DNA from: a virus | Taxonomy: Duplodnaviria; Caudoviricetes | Virus record (IMG/VR): IMGVR_UViG_3300023184_000512 | Location: 1 to 24,094 of that record | Direction: 5' to 3' (one strand) | Length of the DNA: 24,094 nt | Shown: positions 1 to 6,869 of the stretch, in pieces | Numbering within the stretch: the stretch's first letter is position 1 | How the letters are laid out: every line of letters starts with the position of its first letter | Translations under genes and position numbers: made by a program | Notes under the pieces: generated by a model | What the model was told of the DNA's origin: nothing | What the model saw: the letters and a program-made list of their open reading frames with translations, nothing else | Databases searched by the model: none

Positions 1-540
1 AATGAAGCCTTTATAGAGCAGATTGATTACCGTGCAACAGCAAAGCGAATTAAAAATGTTGTTGGTCTTCATCCCAAGTGGGCAGATGCCGTAGTTAAGT
101 TCGAGCAGCGCGAGTACACACGTCTAGTTAAGCAAGGCTTGAAAGAGGGAGCAGCCCGTATCAAGGCTCAGTCCAATGCTGCTACTTATTCTGACCGCTT
201 GCGTAGCGCTCGCGCTTCAATGATTGCTCGCACTGAAATTAACATTGCTCAAAACGAAGGCAGAATGCAGGGATGGAATCAGGCATTCGAGCAAGGATTT
301 ATTGACCCTGCATCACTTAAGATGTGGATGACTGCTAAAGATGAGCGCACCTGCGATGTTTGTGGTCCAATGGATGGCGAGATAGTTCCATGGAATGGCT
401 TATTCTCAACAGGCGATAAAGTCCCTGGGCGAGTTCATCCACACTGCCGTTGCTCAATGGTCATGCTGCCACCCAATGGTAAAGGTCAATCTTTCAAAGA
501 AAACTATGACCTACTCAATGAATTTATTGGGTGGGATTAA
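1..540 (+). CDS. MuF/gpF-like phage minor head (head morphogenesis) protein, 5'-truncated by window
   Basis: Frame 1 is open from base 1 to TAA at 538-540, so the ORF-track start at 139 is internal. Contains Phage_Mu_F signatures: RASMIARTE, W-x-T-x-x-DERTCDVCGPMDGE, HPHCRC. Confidence 0.9.
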   Translation, partial: NEAFIEQIDYRATAKRIKNVVGLHPKWADAVVKFEQREYTRLVKQGLKEGAARIKAQSNAATYSDRLRSARASMIARTEINIAQNEGRMQGWNQAFEQGFIDPASLKMWMTAKDERTCDVCGPMDGEIVPWNGLFSTGDKVPGRVHPHCRCSMVMLPPNGKGQSFKENYDLLNEFIGWD

Positions 541-1697
541 TGACATACGCAATTAAATTTCCAGTCGGATACAAGCCTGTAATCAAGCACGGTGAGCATG
601 ACCAGTCTTCTCACGGAAACTGGGCTGGGGATAGTGTTTCATTTAAGCAAGATAAGCATTTGCTGACAATGCAGGATAAAAGTGGAAAAACTTTGGCTTC
701 AATAGATTATGTTAATTTGGGATTTAACAAACTTGATATCAATTCAATAGATTCTTTTGATGAAGGCAAAGGTTATGCGACTAAAGTATTAGAAAAACTT
801 TATTCTTCATTTCCTGAGCATAGTATTTTTTGGGGCAAAACAATTGTTCCAGCGTCAACTCATTTGGCTGAAAAGTTTGCATCTAAGTATGGTCGAACAA
901 CTTATATCCCTTGGGGTGAAGGCGCTATTAATGGAAAAGAAATGGGCAAACTTTACGGGCAAGAGGAACCTGTAACAAAGCACGAAGGCGGAGGACACGA
1001 CCAGAAAACTCACGGTTCTTGGGCTACAGGTCAAAAGGGTGGAAGCGGGCTAAGCCATCGAGAGATGTTTGAGTTGAAAAGAAATCGCCAAGACCCTATG
1101 GTGAGAAAAGTTTATGAGGCTGAAGAAAAAAATCATAATCAGATTCAAGATAAAAATGCAGATATGCCATCTGCGCCAAATCGTGCGGACTTCACTGAAT
1201 ACTCTGATTACAACGATGCCTACAAAAAGTATTCGAAAGATTTTCTGAATTGGTCAAGGAAAGTCACTACTTCAGTTATATCCGATATTGGAAAAAAACA
1301 TTTAGACGGAACACCTAGAGGTGTTAATGGATATATCAGAGATGTGCTAAGACAAGATTGGTTTGTCGAGCAATTTGGAAAAGGTGGCGTTGCTGGAAAT
1401 AATCTTGAGGTTAAAGTCACTTCTGCTGGTGAGGCTGGGGCGTATCAAATTGGATTCAAGGGCGACCTGCCCGTAAGTATTTTGAGAGTAAATAGAGGCT
1501 ATTCCAAAGCCGAGCCTACTATCGTCCATGAGATTGCTCATTACGCTACAACGATTAGCGCGACTGCACCGCATGATGGACACGGGGTAGAGTTCGTGCG
1601 AAATCACATATTTATTTCTAGCAAAGTATTGGGACAAAGTTTTGCAGACCAACTTGAAGCAACATACAGAGAGGCAGGTATACCTCTTGGAGACTAA
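540..1697 (+). CDS. Two-module tagged effector: GNAT-like acetyltransferase + HExxH (SprT-like/zincin) metallopeptidase
   Basis: ATG at 540 overlaps the MuF stop (TAATG) and is preferred to GTG 531. Tag copies at 585 and 978. Module 1 has IDSFDEGKGYATKVL (GNAT acetyl-CoA motif A-like). Module 2 has IVHEIAHY...HDGHGVEF (HExxH plus downstream HG-x-x-F). Confidence 0.75.
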   Translation: MTYAIKFPVGYKPVIKHGEHDQSSHGNWAGDSVSFKQDKHLLTMQDKSGKTLASIDYVNLGFNKLDINSIDSFDEGKGYATKVLEKLYSSFPEHSIFWGKTIVPASTHLAEKFASKYGRTTYIPWGEGAINGKEMGKLYGQEEPVTKHEGGGHDQKTHGSWATGQKGGSGLSHREMFELKRNRQDPMVRKVYEAEEKNHNQIQDKNADMPSAPNRADFTEYSDYNDAYKKYSKDFLNWSRKVTTSVISDIGKKHLDGTPRGVNGYIRDVLRQDWFVEQFGKGGVAGNNLEVKVTSAGEAGAYQIGFKGDLPVSILRVNRGYSKAEPTIVHEIAHYATTISATAPHDGHGVEFVRNHIFISSKVLGQSFADQLEATYREAGIPLGD

Positions 1698-2478
1698 ATT
1701 TTACGGCTGGGAGATTGTTGACCCAATTCATCCTGATTTGATTCCTGAACCTCAAGTTGAAGAAGTTTTGAAGCATGGCTCCCACGACCAAAAGACTCAT
1801 GGCAACTGGGCTTTAAGTGAGAACTATCCAGATTTATTAACACTTGGAACATTTGATGAAGAATTTGAATACGATTCAGCGTTAATGACTTACAGCGAGC
1901 GCTATGGGGTGGACAAAGATGGCAAAATTGTTGGAGTTGAGACATTTGAGCATGATGCTATAGATAGTTATTCTCAAGAGGGGTATAAAAATATAAACGC
2001 GTTTCTTCGCAACCCAAGAGGTTTTGAAGGTTCTTATGAAATAAAATTTCTTCAAGAAAAGGTTGATGGGTTAGATTCTTTGATTGATAAGGCTCCAAAT
2101 ATGTTCGGAGATAAAACTTTATTTCGAGTCGTAGATAATTTTGTTTTAGCGCAGTTAGCCCCAGGCGACACTCTCAGAGATAAAGGTTATTTATCAACTA
2201 CACGAATAGATTTGACCAAAGATACGGATACTCGGGATGCGCTTGGCGAAATATATGACACACCTGATACGGTTGCTGTCATTCTTCCAAGCCCAACCAA
2301 AAGCGGTAAAGGAATTGCCGTAGACCTTTATCGAACCTCCGTCAATGATACGAGTTCGGTATCAGATAGAGAAAAGGAAGTTCTATTACCTCGCCAAACG
2401 GATTTGCTGTTTTTGGGATATAAAAGAGGTATAGGCTCTGAGGATAAGGTCGCAGTCTTTCAAAGGGTGGACAAATGA
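1687..2478 (+). CDS. Tagged ADP-ribosyltransferase (VIP2/Alt-like, R-S-ExE type)
   Basis: YSQEGYKNINAFLR helix, LFRV, GYLSTT, REKEVLLPR. Start placed at TTG 1687 (AGGT about 7 nt upstream) rather than 1642; start is uncertain. Tag copy at 1771. Confidence 0.85.
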   Translation: METKFYGWEIVDPIHPDLIPEPQVEEVLKHGSHDQKTHGNWALSENYPDLLTLGTFDEEFEYDSALMTYSERYGVDKDGKIVGVETFEHDAIDSYSQEGYKNINAFLRNPRGFEGSYEIKFLQEKVDGLDSLIDKAPNMFGDKTLFRVVDNFVLAQLAPGDTLRDKGYLSTTRIDLTKDTDTRDALGEIYDTPDTVAVILPSPTKSGKGIAVDLYRTSVNDTSSVSDREKEVLLPRQTDLLFLGYKRGIGSEDKVAVFQRVDK

Positions 2479-5400
2479 ATAAATTTAAGACCATTCTTGA
2501 AGATGTTGAAATTATTGTAGGTGTTAAAAAGCACGGTTCTCACAACCAAAAAACTCACGGCAACTGGGCAACAGGTGGCGAAATTGCTCACTGGAATCCT
2601 AATGACCCAGTTCCTGCATCTCCTCGTAACGCTGGAGGAATGACAGATAAGATATGGGAAAATTGGGAACATGGCGTAGATGGTGAGCAATACGTTGAGT
2701 TGTATCGCCAATATGCAGCAGAGGCTCTTGGACTTAAGGTTCCTGAAAGCGACATGGCTCCTGGGGGTTCTCTTAATTATTTAACCCAACGTGGATTCGG
2801 TGGCTCATCTACTCAAACCGCAAAGGGTCATGCTCTTGCAATATTAAAGGCTATTGCCAATGGCTCTCCAACTCAACCAGCCCTTTATCGCGGTGTAACA
2901 GAGTTAAAGAATGACCCAAATTCAACAGCGCTTGTACAACAACTTTCTAGTCTTAAGGCTGGCGATACGCTTGACATGCCACTTGTATCAACCACTCGTT
3001 CCCTTGGCGTCGCTGCTTGGTATGCAGCGGATAGAGTTCAATCAGGTTCATCCCCAATAATTATGAAAATTCAGGCTGGTGCTAAGGGTGTATCAATTGC
3101 ACCCGAAAAAAGTTATTACCAAGCAGACCATGAAGTTATTACAAGCGGAAAGTTTGAAGTTGTTTCAGTAAATCAGGTCAAGACACCATACTGGAAACGT
3201 GGAATTTTTGAACCTCGCAAAACAGTTTATACTGATGGAAGCGGTACAAGTTATGAAGTAGCGACATATTCACCTAAGAGATATACAAGTGCTGAGGCTA
3301 AAAACATTTGGAATACAGTTAGCGCTGGAAAGTTGCAATCTTTAGCCACATCAAAATTCAAACTTACTGATGATAGAAGCAAGAATCCAAACCGTACAGT
3401 TTATTCAAGTTGGGATTTGCAAGCACCAACTGAGTTCACTATCGTGGAGGTTAAGATGATTGAACCTCATGTAGTCCAAAAGTCAATTGACCATGGAATG
3501 AAGTTCGATTCATTATTTGCTGGACGTCCACAATATGATGCAGCACCGCTCGAGAAGCACGGAAACCATGACCAATCCAGTCACGGCAACTGGGCTACTG
3601 GTGAATTATCCGAGGAACAAAAATCTGTTGTATCAGCATGGACTTCGTTAAGCAATAAAACTTCTTGGAGAGAGATTGCAAATGATTTGTCCGAAGGTAA
3701 AACTCCAAATGCTTCAGAAGATGACATTAAAACAGTTAAAACCCTTGTTGATGCAATTAAACAAAATGGAGTTATTCCAGCCGAGGCTCTTGGTCGTGCT
3801 GAATTATTAACTACTGGATTGCGCTGGCAAGGTGCTTTACCTAAAGTCGGAGATACATTAAAAAATGAATTGAGTTCAGCAACTCTTGATGAAAGAACAT
3901 CTGAAAGATTCTCGCAGTATTCAGATTTTGGTGGTTCTAAAGGGAAGCCAGTTATTTTCCATTATGGTTTCCAAACTAAAGGATTAGATGTTAATAGGGC
4001 TGGAGCAGATAATTTTGCCGATGAACAAGAATGGCTTGTATCAGGTACATTCAAAATTACTGAAAGATATTCAGAAAATGGAATTACGCACATAAATCTA
4101 AAACTTGTTGATGAGGTTAAAAAGCACGGCTCTCACGACCAAAAAACCCACGGTAGTTGGGCTAATGGTGGCAGTGGAAAAACAGTTACTGGTCTTATCA
4201 ATAAACTCAGCGAAAAGAGAAGCCCCGGATTCTCTATTGATTTGCGAACTGGGGCATCCCCAAAAGATGGTTTTATAGCCTCAGATATGGGTGCCGAGGA
4301 AGCGATGCCTTGGAAAGAGGCTAGTAAGACTCGAGATAATCTTCGCAATGTAATGGTAAATTACATGGATAAACACGCTGAGTTGCTAGATGGCTCAGGA
4401 GCATTCTTTGGCGGTTGGGTTGACGAGGGAACACTCTTTTTGGATGTTTCGCGTAGATATCCAACGCGTTCTGAAGGCGTAGCAGCAGGTTTTGCTAATC
4501 AGCAAAAAGCAATATACGATGTCGTGAACGATTCGTATATCTATATGAAGGATGAGGTAGATGGAAGAACCAACAAAGCCCGTAATGATAGAAGTACCGA
4601 AGGCAATCAAGGATATGACCAAGGAAGAGAAACTAGCCTTCGCGGACAAAATAATCGACGCAATGACGGGCAACCGTTAACTTTTCCTCATGTTTGCTTA
4701 GGCAGATATCAAGTTCAAAAGCATTTAGAGGGACAGCATGACCAAGGAACTCACGGCAACTGGGCAGGGGATAGATACCCTACTGATTCAGTTAAAAGCG
4801 CAAGAGACGGCGCTAAAGAATATGCCTTTAAGAAAGGCTTAGAGCCTGACGAGACAATTGATTACACAAAGGTTGTAGCAAACCGTGAACGCGCATCAAA
4901 GATAGCCGATGTCTACGAGGACCTACCTAAGATGGATAGGGACGCAGTAGATGAGTACGAGGCATTAGCCTCAGAAGTAGAACAGCAGTTCGATTTCATG
5001 ACCAAGAATCTTGGAGTAAAAGTTTCCTTTGTTGCTGAAGACCCGTACAAGACTTCTAAAGAGATGTTTGATGATGTAAGCAAGGGAAACCTAAAGGTCT
5101 TATCAACTGCATCAACAGGTGCTCATCCGCTATTTAGTAATGAGCAGAATGACAAGTTTAGAGCAGTTCATGATTACTTTGGACATGCTGCAACTGGGCG
5201 TGGATTCGGTCAAGATGGCGAAGAGGCTGCGTGGGTTCATCACTCACAAATGTTTACAATGGATGCTCGCGCAGCATTGACTACTGAGACCCGTGGGCAA
5301 AACTCTTTCTTCAATAATCGTGGCAAGCAGTTCGCTGACCAAAAGGTTGCATTGTTGCCTTCTGAGTTTTGGGAAGTTCCAGCAGTATTTACAAAATTTA

Positions 5401-6695
5401 GAGCAATTCGTTTTGCGTTTGGACTAAAGCCTATCTTCAAGCACAGTGGTGGAGAAGCACATGCAGGTGGCGATGACCAATCTTCTCACGGCAACTGGGC
5501 GCGTGGAATCTCTGCTGAAGATGAAGCACTTATTAACGAGATGGAGAATTTAGGTCCATCGCTCCAAGATTTAGAAAATGCTCTGACACCTGCCGAACAA
5601 CCTGACTATACCGACTTAAAAGATTATGTTAATAACGATGCGGGTATGTACGAGGCAGCCATTGAAGGAATTGACGAAAGAGTTGCCGAGCGACTTAAAA
5701 ATTTACAAGAAGAATTTCCTAACCATGAATACACAGAGCAAGAAAAAACAACCATTTATGAAGATATGCAAAATGAAATGATTCAAGAATATATTGATAA
5801 TGATGACGGCACCATTGCTCAATTATGGCAAGAACAAAACGGTGAAGAATTTAACCCTGAAGATTTACATACCTTCTTTGATGATGTTTATGCCATGGAT
5901 TATGATGTTAAAAATGCTCAGGGTGAGGTTGCCACCACTCTTAGTTCATCAACAAATAACATTTATCTTGATGGTCAGAGGCTGGTTGTAACTGGTGAAA
6001 TCACGGATGATGCTGGTAACTATGCTGGAGAGTTCCAACGCGGCTTCTTCAAAAGCCAAGACAAACAAGGCAATGAGATTTGGGCTGTAGAGCATGACCT
6101 ATTCAAAATGGAAGATGAATATGCTGGAGTTGGATTCGGCTCCAAATTTATAGCCCGACAAGAGGCTTGGTATGTAGCGGTAGGCATTGGCAGAATTGAT
6201 GTAGGCACAGCATGGGATGGCGCTCGCCATTGGGCTAAGTCAGGTTTTGACTTTGATGAAAGAAATATGCGTGAAAATGTAAGTCAGTTGATAGGTGGGA
6301 GAATAAATAATTCTGCTGATTTTGGTGAGGGTTCAACAAATCGTCTTGAGTTTGATTCTTTAATGTCAAAAATGGTTACTGATTACACCCCAATTTTTAG
6401 GGTATTTACCTCATTCAAACCAATTACCTCGGAGGATTTTCCTATCCCGAATGATTTCTTGATGATTGGCTATAAAGATAGAGTTCAAATAGACACTAAT
6501 CGCATTACGGGAAAACCCGTATATTCGTGGGCTGGGGCAAGATTGCTTAATAACCTGACCATGAAGTATCAAAAAGGCTTGACCAAAGAAGGACGCACTA
6601 TCCAGCAAGGTCCAATTGACCGAGATGGCGATGGTTTGGTCTATGACGGCACCCCTCGCGAAAAGCCCGCTCCTACGGTAAACTCATCACCATGA
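2475..6695 (+). CDS. 1406-aa polyvalent effector polyprotein: ART-like, ART-like, unknown domain, HDxxGH zincin-like domain, acidic helical + GNAT-like domain, C-terminal DxDxDG motif
   Basis: ATGA overlap with the upstream gene. Tag copies at 2529, 3555, 4122, 4719 and 5439 split it into five modules. Motifs: LYRGV/VSTT/DHEVI; LSSAT/DEQEWLV; GGW...LDVS...NQQKAIYD; FRAVHDYFGH...GEE; YAGVGFGSKF...GARHWAKSGFDF; DRDGDGLVYDGT. Confidence 0.85.
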   Translation: MNKFKTILEDVEIIVGVKKHGSHNQKTHGNWATGGEIAHWNPNDPVPASPRNAGGMTDKIWENWEHGVDGEQYVELYRQYAAEALGLKVPESDMAPGGSLNYLTQRGFGGSSTQTAKGHALAILKAIANGSPTQPALYRGVTELKNDPNSTALVQQLSSLKAGDTLDMPLVSTTRSLGVAAWYAADRVQSGSSPIIMKIQAGAKGVSIAPEKSYYQADHEVITSGKFEVVSVNQVKTPYWKRGIFEPRKTVYTDGSGTSYEVATYSPKRYTSAEAKNIWNTVSAGKLQSLATSKFKLTDDRSKNPNRTVYSSWDLQAPTEFTIVEVKMIEPHVVQKSIDHGMKFDSLFAGRPQYDAAPLEKHGNHDQSSHGNWATGELSEEQKSVVSAWTSLSNKTSWREIANDLSEGKTPNASEDDIKTVKTLVDAIKQNGVIPAEALGRAELLTTGLRWQGALPKVGDTLKNELSSATLDERTSERFSQYSDFGGSKGKPVIFHYGFQTKGLDVNRAGADNFADEQEWLVSGTFKITERYSENGITHINLKLVDEVKKHGSHDQKTHGSWANGGSGKTVTGLINKLSEKRSPGFSIDLRTGASPKDGFIASDMGAEEAMPWKEASKTRDNLRNVMVNYMDKHAELLDGSGAFFGGWVDEGTLFLDVSRRYPTRSEGVAAGFANQQKAIYDVVNDSYIYMKDEVDGRTNKARNDRSTEGNQGYDQGRETSLRGQNNRRNDGQPLTFPHVCLGRYQVQKHLEGQHDQGTHGNWAGDRYPTDSVKSARDGAKEYAFKKGLEPDETIDYTKVVANRERASKIADVYEDLPKMDRDAVDEYEALASEVEQQFDFMTKNLGVKVSFVAEDPYKTSKEMFDDVSKGNLKVLSTASTGAHPLFSNEQNDKFRAVHDYFGHAATGRGFGQDGEEAAWVHHSQMFTMDARAALTTETRGQNSFFNNRGKQFADQKVALLPSEFWEVPAVFTKFRAIRFAFGLKPIFKHSGGEAHAGGDDQSSHGNWARGISAEDEALINEMENLGPSLQDLENALTPAEQPDYTDLKDYVNNDAGMYEAAIEGIDERVAERLKNLQEEFPNHEYTEQEKTTIYEDMQNEMIQEYIDNDDGTIAQLWQEQNGEEFNPEDLHTFFDDVYAMDYDVKNAQGEVATTLSSSTNNIYLDGQRLVVTGEITDDAGNYAGEFQRGFFKSQDKQGNEIWAVEHDLFKMEDEYAGVGFGSKFIARQEAWYVAVGIGRIDVGTAWDGARHWAKSGFDFDERNMRENVSQLIGGRINNSADFGEGSTNRLEFDSLMSKMVTDYTPIFRVFTSFKPITSEDFPIPNDFLMIGYKDRVQIDTNRITGKPVYSWAGARLLNNLTMKYQKGLTKEGRTIQQGPIDRDGDGLVYDGTPREKPAPTVNSSP
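4561..4680 (+). CDS. Nested out-of-frame 39-aa ORF inside the polyprotein (MEEPTKPVMIEVPKAIKDMTKEEKLAFADKIIDAMTGNR), candidate immunity peptide
   Basis: +1 frame relative to 2475..6695. AAGGA 8 nt before the ATG. Protein-like amphipathic sequence, while the host frame reads as an R/G/N/Q-rich linker over the same interval. Confidence 0.65.
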   Translation: MEEPTKPVMIEVPKAIKDMTKEEKLAFADKIIDAMTGNR

Positions 6696-6838
6696 ACAGA
6701 CAAGAGAGATTAGACGCCTTATCAAAACTCCATGCCTCCATGCCTGTTGAGATGGAAGGCTTACCCGACGATAATGAGGTGGCTTTCTTGGACAAAGTAG
6801 TAGAGCAAAAACTAACTTTGGTTGAAAAGACTAAATAA
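6692..6838 (+). CDS. 48-aa hypothetical protein (MNRQERLDALSKLHASMPVEMEGLPDDNEVAFLDKVVEQKLTLVEKTK), candidate immunity protein
   Basis: ATGA overlap with the polyprotein stop. Fills the gap before 6870. Not in the supplied ORF track. Confidence 0.65.
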   Translation: MNRQERLDALSKLHASMPVEMEGLPDDNEVAFLDKVVEQKLTLVEKTK

Positions 6839-6857
6839 CAGTTGAAATTCTATCCGC

Positions 6858-6863
6858 TATCCT
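6858..6863 (+). promoter_or_regulatory. Possible -10 element for leaderless expression of ORF 6870
   Basis: TATCCT (TAnnnT) 6 nt before the ATG; no SD and no well-spaced -35. Confidence 0.3.
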
Positions 6864-6869
6864 TTACAC

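Noticed and set aside
931-975. Out-of-frame 14-aa ORF MEKKWANFTGKRNL after GNAT module 1 as another nested antidote
   Set aside because: Too short, no convincing SD, and the main frame looks normal here; indistinguishable from chance.
1642-1697. Programmed frameshift joining ORF 540 to the ART ORF
   Set aside because: No clear slippery heptamer in the overlap; a TTG start at 1687 with an SD explains it more simply.
4164-4560. Assignment of cargo domain 6 as a T3-type SAM lyase
   Set aside because: Considered because of size and context, but I could not match it to SAM lyase motifs; left as unknown.
4395-4673. Minus-strand 92-aa ORF from the track
   Set aside because: Largely the antisense shadow of the nested + strand ORF 4561-4680; no other support for minus-strand genes in this operon.
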